NCBI GenBank assembly: GCA_043228905.1 | Contig: JBHGNT010000020.1 | Location: 6,510,001-6,574,000 of the forward strand | Reading direction: 5' to 3' | Source of the DNA: Azolla caroliniana | Lineage: Eukaryota > Plantae > Polypodiophyta | DNA: 64,000 nucleotides | Shown: positions 13,744-25,069 of the stretch, piece by piece | Numbering within the stretch: the stretch's first letter is position 1 | Layout of the letters: each line of letters starts with the position of its first letter | Notes under the pieces: generated by a model | Told to the model about the DNA's origin: nothing | The model's input: the letters and a program-made list of their open reading frames with translations, nothing else | Database searches by the model: none | Program-made: the position numbers and the translations under genes

Positions 13744-16700
13744 TGAGTGAGTGAGTGTATAAGCAAGAGAAGGAATCAGAGAGAATAATCAGAAAATAAG
13801 AAAACACACAATAGGGGGATGGCAGCTGATGGACTTAAGAGAGCTATATATTAATTAACTAAAGATCACCAACAAAACAGAATGGGCAAAGAGGGTTTTA
13901 TATAAAGTCCTCAACGGACTTCCATATTAAATGTGTTGGTGGAATCTAACCAAGATATCCACTTGAGTACAATTTTGTCATAAGAATATCTAATATTCTT
14001 TGACTACATTAACACTCGACAACTACATGGATTACAATAAAGTGTGCTCGCACACACTCGACAACTAAACGAATTACAATAATGTGTGCTCACACACTTT
14101 TTAACACATCGTCCTTTTCTTCATAAGCACATGTTCACACAAATTGAGCTTGATTCTCAACACGCCCCCTCAAGGTCAATTGTGTGTCCTCTTAAGCTTG
14201 GTTGTCTTGGTGTAGTTGAAGACCCAACTGCAGTTGGTCGAACTACTAGACCGTGGTTTCCCCATTGTTCCTATGTACTCAATCTTGATCTAGCAATGTC
14301 GATCTTGCCGATCCAAAATTTCGAGCTTCAAAAATTCGGGGCTTTGGAAAGTCTTCCTCTTACTTGTCGGGTCAAGTCAGATTACATGTGTCGGCCTTAC
14401 TTTGCCAATGTCGGTCTCACTCTTCCTCTTCTAGAGTTTAGTATTCAGAAGCGTAGTGTGTGTGAGAGAGAGAGAGTAGGTGTATAAGCATGAGAAGGAA
14501 TTACAGAGAATAACTAGAAAAATAAAAAAACACACAGTACGGGGATGATAGCTTATGCAATTAAGAGAGCTATATTAATTATCTAAAGATCATCAACAAA
14601 AAAGAATGGGCAAAGGGAGTTTTATATACAAGTCCCCAAGGGACTTCCATATTAAATGTGTTGGTGGAATCTAACCAAGATATCCACTTGAGTACGATTT
14701 TGTCATAAGAATATCTAATATTCTTTGACTACATTAACACTCGACAACTACACTGATTACAATAAAGTGTGCTCACACACTTTTTCATACATTGTCCTTT
14801 TCTTCATAAGCACATGTTCACACAAGTTGAGCTTGATTCTCAACACGCCCCCTCAGGGTCAATTGTGTGTCCTCTTAAGCTTGGTTTTCTTGGTGTAGTT
14901 AAAGACCCAACTGCAGTTGGTCGGACTACTAGACCGTGGTTTTCGCATTGTTCCTATGTACTCAATCTTGATCTAGCAATGTCGATCTTGCCGATCCAAA
15001 ATTTCGAGCTTCAAAAATTCCGGGCTTTGGAAAGTCTTGTAGAGCAAGTTCAACACATATTGTCGTGAGAGTAGGAACCCTTCTGGAGTTTGAATGACCT
15101 CGATGTCGAGAAAATAATGCAAGTCATTCAGACCCTTCATCTCGAACTTCTCTAAAAGCAGCTTTTTAATCTTTTGTCTCGGTGAGGCTTTCTCCACAGA
15201 TGATAAGGTCATCGACATACAAGATTAAGAACATGGGGCTTTTGGGATTGTTCCGAACATACAATGAGTTATTAGATTTTGACATCCGGAAGCCAATGTT
15301 GTGAAGATATGACGTGATCTTTGAATGCCATGCTCTTGGGGCTTGCTTCAGTCCATAGAGCGGCTTCTTCAATCGGCAAACTGCATGTGGATGTTTGTTT
15401 GATTCGAAGCCAAGTGGTTGCATCATGTAAACTTCCTCCTCGAGCTCACCTTGGAGGAATGCGTTCTTCACATCCATTTGATGCAAGTGCCACCCTTTCG
15501 CTGCTGCGAGTGCAATTTCCGTCCTCACGATGGTCATTACTACCACCGGGGCAAATGTTTCCTCATAGTCTATGCCATGGGTTTGAGCATACCCTTTGAC
15601 GACTAGTCGAGCCTTGAACCGATTGACCGTGCCATCCGTATTATGCTTTATCTTGAACACCCAGCAGCAACCAATTGGTTTTTTCTTGATTTCAGGAGAT
15701 GGGACTAAATCCCAAGTATCGTTGTCAAACAACGCGCGCATCTCCTCCCTCATTGCCTCGATCCACCAGGGATCTTGGGCAGCTTCTTTGTAAGTCTCGG
15801 GTTCTTGGTCTGTTGTGACCTTCATCATGAATGCATAGTGGTGGGCCATGTACTCATTGTACATACCCGAACCTAAGTATCGGGCTCTTTTGTCTGTTTG
15901 ATTGACAGAGTTTTCCTTTGGTCACTTCTGGGGCTTTCTTCATTTCATACTTGTTGTCGACCGATCGGGGTGAGTGATCTGAGTCTTCACTAAATGCCAT
16001 GTCCTTGGCCTCTTGCTCAGGCATCTTGCCTTTTGTTTTCTTTCTACGGGTGTAGCACCAAGGTGACAACACACCAGAGGTTTCTTCATGCTGTGCAAAA
16101 CTCTGATTGTTGGATGACACCTCAAGTCCAGTCAGCTGGAGTGTGGGCAGACTCTCTGCTGGTTCTCCACCCATAATGATCGTTAGCATCTCTTCTTCTT
16201 CACTCTGAGAATCTGCTCCAGATCTGCTTGTTTCTAGCATAGTTGGGGTCACTAATGTTGGGCCATACCATGATGTCACCTCATCAAATACCACATCTCG
16301 GCTTACTCGTGACTGTCGAGTGATGGGGTTAAAACACTTATAACCCTTTTGCTCAAGTGAGTAACCGACGAGGATCATCTTCTCCGATTTTGGGTCAAGC
16401 TTTCTCCGCTTCTCATCGGGGACATGCACAAATGCAATGCTGCCAAAAACCTTCAAGTGCGAAAGGTCTGGCTTTGTCCCAAAATACTGCTCGTGAGGGG
16501 TAATGTCATGGACACCCTCGGTCATGCACCTATTGATGAGATACACAGCCGTAACAGATGCCTCTGCCCAATAGATATTGGGCATGTTCTTCTCCTGCAG
16601 CATGGCACGGGCCATCTCAAGAATTGTGCAATTCTTCCGCTCAGCAACACCGTTTTGCTGTTGTGTACCGGCAAGAGAATTCCCGGCAAATTCCCTTCTC

Positions 16701-19700
16701 TTCTAGAAAGGCCTTGAACTCAATTGAGAAGCATTCTTGGCCACCATCAGACCATAAGCATCGAATCTTGCAATTAGACTCATTTTCCACGTGATTCTTT
16801 AACATGAGAAAGTGGGAGAAGACCTCACTTTTTTACTTCATCGGGCATATCCAAGTATGCCGCGAATAGTCATCAATGAAGGTAACGAAGTACCTACACC
16901 CACCAATTGTCGCGGTTTAAGCTGGGCCCCATACATCTGAGTGGATGACGTCCAGCAAGCCTTTACTCACATTTCTTTCGCTTAGGAATGGATGCCTATG
17001 TTGCTTGCCTAGCTGGCACACCTCACATACATTATCAGGATGTTTTGAAGTAAATCGTGGCAATCCATGCACAGCCCCTTTTGTTTGCATTGATCGGAGT
17101 TTACCTCTTTTGTGCCACAACTCAATATCAGACTCAGCCTTGAGTCCCTTTGCATACATTGTTGTGTTCACCTCAGTCGCATCAAGAATAAACATGCGAC
17201 CTTCTCTTCTTGCATGCACAATAAGTTGGCCCTTATCCTCGATGAAGCAACCTTCCTGGTTGAATCGCACTTGCAGTCCTTGTTCGACAATTTGGCCAAC
17301 CGAGAGCAAATTCTTTGTGATTGTCGGGACATGCAATACATCCTTCATGTAGCCCTTGTTGTCGTGATTGTTAAGGGCCACATCTCCAATGTGCTCAATC
17401 ATGTGTGTGGAGTCATCACCGGTCTCCACCACGCTGGGTCTCTCGGGTTCCCTCAAATTCATGAACCATTCTTGATGACTTGTCATGTGATTTGAGGCAC
17501 CTGAGTCCACGAACCAGACATCATCAGGTTGGGAAATATTTGTTATCATGCTATTCGCCCGGTGTCGCATAACAAACATCGGCCCTTTGTTTTCTAGGTC
17601 AGCCATCACAGCATAGTTTGTTTGCTGCCAGGGTGAGGCAGCTGAGTCATTCTTCTTCTTCCGACACTCAGCTTCAAAGTGGCCAGGCTTTCCACAATAC
17701 CAGCACTCAGTTTGCTGGTTCTGCCTGGTTGATGCAAATTGGTGGAAGCTCCCCTTTTTGCCGGAACTCCCTCGCCTGTTTCGACCTTCTTGCTGCCTTG
17801 AATTCTGTTGTGGACATCATCCACCTCCTCCTCGGCCATTCCTCCCCCGATTTCCACGACCATGACCGTGACCTTGACCGAGATCATCATTGTGTATATA
17901 GCATCTGCCCATCAGATGCCATGCTTTTCGACCGTGTATGGTTCTCCTCAACCATTAGCATGGATTGCAAGTTTAAAAAGCTTGGGGGGTTCTCCCTTGT
18001 TGTTATGGCAGTTCGAAATGAGCCATATTTTTGTGCGAGGTCGCCAAGGCAGATATGCACCATCTCGTCATCATCAACTGCGACATTGATGGAGCCAAGT
18101 GAATCGCATAAGTCTTTGATCCGGAGGGTATAGTCCGTCACGGACATATCCCATTGCCGAATATTGTTCAACTCCTGCCGGAGTTGAAGTTTTCTTACTA
18201 TGGTTGAAGCCGCAAAAATCTTCTTCAAGTTTTTCCACGCTTCTGTTGGGGCTTTTGCATCACGAATATAGCTTAACATGTGATCTTGCACACATGTTGC
18301 CAAACAATACATCACCCTATTGGCGCCTTGCTGCCATGTGGGGTAGTTGGGATTTATAATATCGGGGGCTGTTTCTTGAGCTCCCTCGATATAACTCCAA
18401 TACCCTTGCCCAACTAAGTACTGTTGCATCTTATATTCCCAAGATGCGTAGTTGTGCCTGTCCAACTTCTCTGTTGGAAGTGCGCTACCCATTTGTGCGT
18501 TCATCTCTCTGATTTAGCGTGATTCGTATGCTCCTGTTAACGTGAGCCTCTTGCCGTGCAACACTACAGCGACGATAGCTGGTTTGAAACAGCGTCTCTA
18601 GCAGCTACACAGTTTCAATGGTAGAGCGCAGTGAAGGATCTCTAACCCTCACGCTCTGATACCATGTAAAGAATCTAACTCTAGTAGAGTTTAGTATTCA
18701 GAAGCATAGTGTGTGTGTGTGTGAGAGAGAGAGAGAGTGAGTGTATAAGCAAGAGAAGGAATTACAGAGAATAACCACAAATATGACATGGTTCCAATAT
18801 GTATGGCTTAACTTTCCTACAATATTTCACTCCATTGAATGATTTCCAGTCATATGGGAAGTTAGCGTTTTTAGTCGGGATTTTCTAGACATACAAAGTT
18901 AAAAATTAGACATACGAATAATTGAATTCGCGTAACCATCACATCACGAGAGAGTGATACAAATACTAACTTAGAATAATATATAATAAATAATGAGATG
19001 ACAATTTATTGCTGTGGAATGACAGTCATGTTCCATATTCAAATTCCATACTGTTAATTCTTCTCTTCTTAGCATATGGTGATTCACAGCTGAAAATGTA
19101 ATGATAAAAACTACCTCAACCGCTTCACTTGGACCTTCTAGCTTGTTCTTTAGCACACCTGATGAAATATCCCAGATGTTGACTATGCCATCCAAGCCCC
19201 CAGAAGCAAGCAATAACCCATCATAACTAAATCCCAAGGATCCAACAGAATCTGAATGATCTGCAAACAGGAAGGAAAAACATTGCCAAAATGATAATTA
19301 ATCAATTTTGCTGAGTATTCATTTAAAAAAGGACATTGAGAACATTAATTAAAAAAGGAATTGAGAACATTATTTAAAGATTAAAATATCGACAAAATTA
19401 TCTAAGAATAGCAAAAACTCTGAGAGACTGCTATTATTTCCAATATTTCCTTGAATGCCCTGAGTTTTTGTTAATGTCCAACATAACCTTAGTCAACCCC
19501 AAAAGAGAGAAAAATGAGATGAGTTGACAATATATTCACTCATGTAGCACATATGATTGAGAAAAAGGGATTAATTGAGCAAATGATTGCTCAAATAGCA
19601 CATATAGTTACTGTTTCAGAGTTGAACATGGGCATCTGAGTGAATAAAGAAAAACTCTGGGTTATTTCAGAATTTTTTAACGTAACTCTACAGATCCTAC

Positions 19701-20925
19701 TTGTCAGTTCAAGAGGAGGCACGTTGTCCCTTATCCTCCATATGTAGGCTTTATCATCACCACCACCAGTCGCAACTAGATCAGAATCTACTGGGCTGCA
19801 TGCCACTGCATAGACAGAATCTGTATACATAGAAACAAACACCCAATCATTTGGTTATTAGAACGGTGTAGAAGCTAGGCCATGTTCAGATCCATATATT
19901 CATCAAAATCTTGTGCAACCAATGAATATTTAAGTTCAAAAACTTGAATATTCCATTATATTTTACTTTGGCATGTACATACTGCAACGTAGAGACTAGT
20001 AAGAGTGCACATCTCCTTTCTACCTCTTCAGGATTACCTGAATGGCCAGTAAAGATGTGAATTGAATCATCTGCCTCTGCATCACCATTTCCTAAGAAGT
20101 AAAATATCTACCATCAACTATCATTTTTTAATCATGAGTAAATATCTACCATCAACTATCATTTTTTAATCATGAGTAAATATCTACCATCAACTATCAT
20201 TTTTTAATTTATTAGATATAACAGGTGATAGACTTTTCGAAAAGGAGATTGAATTACTTTCTATGAGTCTAAACCTTATTGACATCCAATTCTGATCATG
20301 TTTTTATTTTATTTCCCAACAAAAATACAAATAAAACTATACATATACTACATAGTATGGAACGAGATTATATAATAGAAATACAGATTATAGTTGCATG
20401 TATAATTACTTTACGTAGTCTAAACAAATCTAAAACCTTTAAATAAAACAAAAAGTAAAATATATAAATCAACATAAATGAAACCTGAAGGAAACTATTA
20501 AAACAACAATAGTTTCTCCCAAACATACAAAGAGGTAGCAAAATTTTGGCAAACAAAACGTAGGGCAAAATGAAGAGTATGCTGCAAACTTTGCTTAAGC
20601 TTCACCTGTATCTTCTTCATTGTCATCCTCATCATCGTCATTGCTGTCTTCATCTATTTCTGGAAGATCTGCAGTGTGCAAGGTAAAGTAAGAAGATATT
20701 TTCGATGTAATTTGAATAATAAAATCAGAAAGACGAGATGAAACCTTCGTCGTCCATCATGATCTCTTGCTCTACATCTTCTTCATTGAGATAGACAGCA
20801 TCATCATCCTCGTCCTCATGCTCAATATTAGCGGGCTGAAAAAGAGATCACATAATCATACAAATTTTCAACATAGAGAGATATATAGAAAAAGAGAGCT
20901 TCACCTGAGGGCGATCAGCACCCAT
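11130..20925 (-). CDS. AAMP: WD40-repeat protein, AAMP/SQT1-like (13 coding exons, 402 aa)
   Basis: Hand-spliced GT-AG exons: 20905-20925, 20745-20835, 20606-20668, 20038-20091, 19701-19820, 19115-19260, 13025-13172, 12569-12652, 12337-12452, 12157-12215, 11849-11939, 11284-11438, 11130-11190. Total 1209 nt, in frame. Acidic N-terminus, then [47 protein letters not shown], ending [13 protein letters not shown]. Confidence 0.9.
11284..11438 (-). CDS. AAMP: WD40 gene coding exon 12
   Basis: EGVVKLIW...[16 protein letters not shown]...[16 protein letters not shown] flanks. Confidence 0.9.
11538..11612. repeat. Compound microsatellite (CT)n(AT)n in an intron
   Basis: Seen directly. Confidence 0.95.
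11849..11939 (-). CDS. AAMP: WD40 gene coding exon 11
   Basis: [19 protein letters not shown]...CEHE, GT-AG flanks. Confidence 0.9.
12157..12215 (-). CDS. AAMP: WD40 gene coding exon 10
   Basis: [22 protein letters not shown] flanks. Confidence 0.9.
12337..12452 (-). CDS. AAMP: WD40 gene coding exon 9
   Basis: [15 protein letters not shown]...NIRTGK, GT-AG flanks. Confidence 0.9.
12569..12652 (-). CDS. AAMP: WD40 gene coding exon 8
   Basis: [25 protein letters not shown] flanks. Confidence 0.9.
13025..13172 (-). CDS. AAMP: WD40 gene coding exon 7
   Basis: [24 protein letters not shown]...[12 protein letters not shown] flanks. Confidence 0.9.
13481..18775 (-). mobile_element. Rearranged Ty1/Copia element in intron 6 of the WD40 gene
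   Basis: LTR copies at 13481-14162, ~14431-14845 and a truncated one at 18665-18775. Met PBS at 18653-18664 (minus strand tggtatcagagc). PPT next to 14163 and 14846. Gag 17887-18504, PR/INT 15854-17609, RT 14973-15864. RNase H is missing. Confidence 0.92.
13526..13757. repeat. Expanded (GT)n/(GCGT)n microsatellite inside an LTR
   Basis: About 230 bp of GT-rich repeat. Confidence 0.95.
19115..19260 (-). CDS. AAMP: WD40 gene coding exon 6
   Basis: [24 protein letters not shown]...[13 protein letters not shown] flanks. Confidence 0.9.
19701..19820 (-). CDS. AAMP: WD40 gene coding exon 5
   Basis: [10 protein letters not shown]...[16 protein letters not shown] flanks. Confidence 0.9.
20038..20091 (-). 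CDS. AAMP: WD40 gene coding exon 4
   Basis: [22 protein letters not shown] flanks. Confidence 0.85.
20098..20209. repeat. ~39-bp tandem repeat, about 3 copies, intronic
   Basis: gtaaatatctaccatcaactatcattttttaatcatga repeated. Confidence 0.9.
20606..20668 (-). CDS. AAMP: WD40 gene coding exon 3 (acidic)
   Basis: tgcag acceptor, [27 protein letters not shown] donor. Confidence 0.8.
20745..20835 (-). CDS. AAMP: WD40 gene coding exon 2 (acidic)
   Basis: ttttcag acceptor, [32 protein letters not shown] donor. Confidence 0.8.
20905..20925 (-). CDS. AAMP: WD40 gene coding exon 1 (MGADRPQ)
   Basis: ATG at 20925, donor CAG|GTGAAG. Confidence 0.75.
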
Positions 20926-21051
20926 GTTGGAAACTTTAAAGAAACCACTGTTCTTGTTATATGAAACTAGCAGTTGTCCCACAATTAGCTGCAATATACT
21001 AAAACTCCCCATGGGAATGCCAAAGGAACACTCTTATTAGTAACTATGCAG

Positions 21052-21054
<3 letters not shown>

Positions 21055-21106
<52 letters not shown>
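21055..21106. repeat. (CT)n microsatellite flanked by a 26-bp direct repeat
   Basis: ctcttattagtaactatgcagattct at 21031-21056 and 21103-21128. Confidence 0.9.
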
Positions 21107-21110
<4 letters not shown>

Positions 21111-21126
21111 AGTAACTATGCAGATT

Positions 21127-23730
21127 CTAGCCTTGGAAAGCGCGCATGGATTTGTGATATATAATGGCTTGTCACAATGGCCTGGATCAGATGCTTTGAC
21201 ATGTTGGAACCCAAAAGGGGGTGCAAGCACAGTCGATTATCTAATGGGATCTCCATCTCTTATACCTGAAATAAAAGTGTTCACTATATCAGGAAGACCT
21301 ATTGACTTGGCAGCTGATCATGCATATCTACGCTTTAAGGTAAAGGATGGATGCACAAAGAATGTATATGCTAAGGAGAGTGGGCTGGCTAAGTATCTAT
21401 TCACTCGCGAGACAATTGATGTGTATAGTTGCGGTGTATACAATGGCATGCTAGATTTGGATCCTTTTGCACCCCTTGAAGAACTTACCCAAGGTTCATC
21501 CAAATCATTGCATAAAGCAGCCACAAATGCCTTCCCTCACACAGCAGCCAATCCCCCCAAACTCGGTAGAGTAATACAAAATAGTTGGTATGATGAGGAA
21601 TGCCGTGATACAAGGAGATGCTTGTGTGATGTAACTCGGAGCATTTATACACAAAACCAAGCGAGGGCAACCTTCCAACGCCTCATGAGGAAGAAGAAGA
21701 GATTGTATTTGGCTAAATTTGAAGATCATTTGTATCGCTTGTTTCTAGGACGAGAGTAAAAGAGCATGGAAAATGTTTAATGAGAGGCAACCCACCACAC
21801 AACTGACCTCACCTCAGGTGTGGCATGAATATGCAAAGGTTCTATATGATATCCCGGGGCAACCTCCTCTTCCCCACCCGAATGCCTCACGCCCACATGA
21901 ATCAACCTTCTTTACACCACAAAATGTAAGAAATGCCATTGATCAGCTACAATTTGGGAAGGCCCAAGATCATGATGGATTGGTGGGTGAGCACTTTATC
22001 TATGCCCGTGACACCTCACTCCCATTGCTAGCACACATCTTTAATAGAGCCATGTGTGAAGGTTTCCCTACTAGATGGACTCAACATACCATTGTGCCAA
22101 TCCTCAAGAGTGGAAACCCCATGATGCCAAGCAACTATAGGACAATCATGATTGGCCATTACTTGGCTAAACTATATGGCTCGATTCTAGAATCAGAATT
22201 GAGTATATGGGCAGAGCAAAATGGTTGCCATTCAATTGGACAAGCAGGCTTTTGAAAGGGGTTCACAACTTTGGATCACATATTCACCCTCCGGGCCCTT
22301 ATTGAGGAGGGCAAAGCCCACAATAAGAGGATTTATTGCTGCTTTGTGGATTTCCGAAAAGCCTTTGACACTGTGCCACGTGCTCGGCTAGAAGCCCTTG
22401 GTATTCCTACATATATGCAATGGGTAATCTAGGCACTCTATGAATCCGTGTCAGTAAAAGTCCAATCTTCCAAGGGCTTGTCAGAGGCGGTGGCTAGCAC
22501 AATTGGAGTGAAGCAAGGATGCCCACTATCCCCCACTCTCTTCGGTCTCTATATAGATGAGGTATCACATTACATAGAGAGATTCGGGGGTTCCGGAGCA
22601 CGCCTAGCAGGTATAGCTATACAAATATTACTATATGTTGATGACATTGTGCTGATTTTTTACTCTCCGGAGGGACTACAAAGACATCTAAATGCCTTAA
22701 AACTATTTTGTACGGACTGTCCCCATCTAAATATGACCAAAGCGGAAAACAACAAAGTGATCCGAACTGATATTATTAACTTGGAAAACAAGATAACATG
22801 GATCAGCCCCAAATTACCACTTGGTACAAAGATGGCCCACTATAAGACACACTTCTTATATACATCGGAGGATGGATTCGTTATCAGGCCACCTTATATG
22901 GATATACATCTATCCTATGTGTTGCGTAGTGTGATAGGCCAGCTGCGAACTTCATCACATCAGCTACAAATTGAGGTAGGCAGATATACACGACTACCTC
23001 TAGAAGAGAGAATTTGCCAATTGTGTCATCAAGGAGTGGAATCTGAGGAACACTATGTTTGTCATTGTAGTGTCTTTTATGAAATCAAAGAGAGATACCA
23101 TTGCCTCTTTAAACAAGGCTTTGGCCCACTACGCAAGGTAATGGAATATGAGGACCAATGATGCCTAGGACTTTTCTTGCTAGAGCTGAAGAGACATCGG
23201 GAAAAGTTGTTGAAGAATAAAGCCACACAAGCTCATCCACAAAGAACAATCACAACTTTCTTTAGCCCCATCAATCCTACTAATGCTACAAGTCTATCAC
23301 GGGATACACAAATGGGCCCCAGACCAGGACATAACAAAGGGGTTACAATTGATCGGGCAATAGCAATTTGCCGTGCACGTAGGCCCCAACCCCATGGACC
23401 ACAACCTCGAAACCCTTGTCATCGACTGATAAAAGCCATTATCTCCTGCCATCGTAGGTGCTTCCCTCGCTTCGGAGACATATCCACAAAGAACAATCAC
23501 AACTTTCTTTAGCCCCATCACTCCTACTAATGCTACAAGTCTATCACGGGATACACAAATGGGCCCCAGACCAAGACATAACAAAGGGGTTACACAATTG
23601 ATCGGGCAATAGCAATTTGCCGTGCACGTAGGCCCCAGCCCCATGGACCACGACCTCGAAACCCTCGTCATCGACAGATAAAAGCCATTATCTCCTGCCA
23701 TCGTAGGTGCTTCCCTCGCTTCGGAGACAT
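21127..23730 (+). mobile_element. 5'-truncated, decayed non-LTR retrotransposon (LINE-a; RTE/RTEX-like, clade inferred)
   Basis: End of APE domain (STVDY...ADH), RT (GVKQGCPLSPTLFG, LLYVDD), C-terminal RICQLC..ESEEHYVCHC. Homologous to the LINE at 31871-37205. Internal deletion after RT. 247-bp tandem duplication at 23235-23730. 3' end uncertain. Confidence 0.88.
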
Positions 23731-24287
23731 TTCCATTCTTCAATATATTTGCTTGTATATATGTACATACACACATGGATATATATTTAAACTTCCTAAG
23801 CTGCCCTATCACAATAAGGAGTGTATGAGATAGATGTATATCCACATCAAGAACTTGAAGAAAGACAACAATACAACCACATCAACTCATCAACAAAGTA
23901 CCACAACTTTCTTTAATTCTATCACACCTACAGCAATTCAATTGAGGGCTACACAATGAGGTCTTTATTAGGACACTAGAATGGAGTTACTATAGATTTG
24001 GCAATTGCACCGTTGTGCAACGAGGTCTTAATTATGACACTGGAATGGAGTTACTATAGATTTGGCAATTGCGATATCATTGTTGCTATAGATAGATAAA
24101 AACCATGACCATCTTGGATACCTTTTGAATGCAGAAATTTCAATCTATCTAAGTTTAAAACCATTAGCACTTGTTCATATATAAAAACATGTATGCTCCA
24201 ATCTACCTTTCCTATCCCCTCCCTCGCTCTTCTATTCTCTCTTTGACGCTCTACATATATGTGTGATGGGAGGGGGGAGGATCTTAC

Positions 24288-24400
24288 TTGCAGGTAGTCG
24301 AATGGAGCGCAGGAGCAGCAGGTGGCGAGAACAGGGAAACTGAAAGTGGAGAGGTGAGGGGAGGATGGCTGAAATGCTCCGCTGTGTATATGTATTTGGT
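24288..24400 (-). other. Probable non-coding first exon (5'UTR) of the WD40 gene
   Basis: Minus-strand donor CAA|GTAAG at 24287 and a matching tgcag acceptor at ~20989, just upstream of the ATG exon. CT-rich leader on the gene strand. Upstream boundary approximate. Confidence 0.55.
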
Positions 24401-24424
24401 ATGTACATATCGATATCGATGTAG

Positions 24425-24432
24425 TAGGGTTT
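24425..24432 (-). promoter_or_regulatory. Telo-box (AAACCCTA)
   Basis: tagggttt on + strand, just upstream of the putative first exon. The motif is typical of plant translation and ribosome-biogenesis gene promoters. Confidence 0.5.
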
Positions 24433-24876
24433 TACCTACATATATACACACATATATCTTATGTGTACACGAGCCGTGTATGTATGTAAGTATGTATGTA
24501 TACATATAAATAAATCCATGCTTCTTATTCATTCCTAAGGACTCACCTTACCTTTGCTTGGACTATACATATTGCCCAATTCTTCAAAAGTTCGACCTAA
24601 AAATCTAAGATTGTCCCCATTCTTTTCATGATTGGACAAACAATACAAGATTGGACCATTCCCCGATCGTCCAGACTTTGCATGATCTATCAAGGATGAG
24701 AGATTGCATGAAACAAATGAGGCTAATATTGACTCAAGTGAGGTAGAAAAAGAGAAAGAGAACAATAGCTGGGAAGGAAGAGAGCAAGAGCAAATGACTT
24801 GAACTATGAATTCCTAATTGGTTCACCTTGATTGTAATTGTAAAGAATCAGGAGTGATTATGTGCAGTGGAAGAGA

Positions 24877-24910
<34 letters not shown>

Positions 24911-25069
24911 CACAATGTATACAAAAAACAAGAAAACTAAGAAGCAAGCATGAACCAACAATTACAAAGAGAAGGAGAAGGTGCTTATGTAGTCACCTTC
25001 TCTCTAAGTTCTCTCACTAAAACCGCCTCTTGGGAAAGAGGTGAGTCTAGAGCAGACACCACCACATCC

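Noticed and set aside
13404-13807. Cys/Val- and His/Thr-rich ORFs
   Set aside because: They are translations of the (GT)n microsatellite
24535-24765. 76-aa minus-strand ORF ending near GT donors
   Set aside because: No recognisable homology and no partner exons
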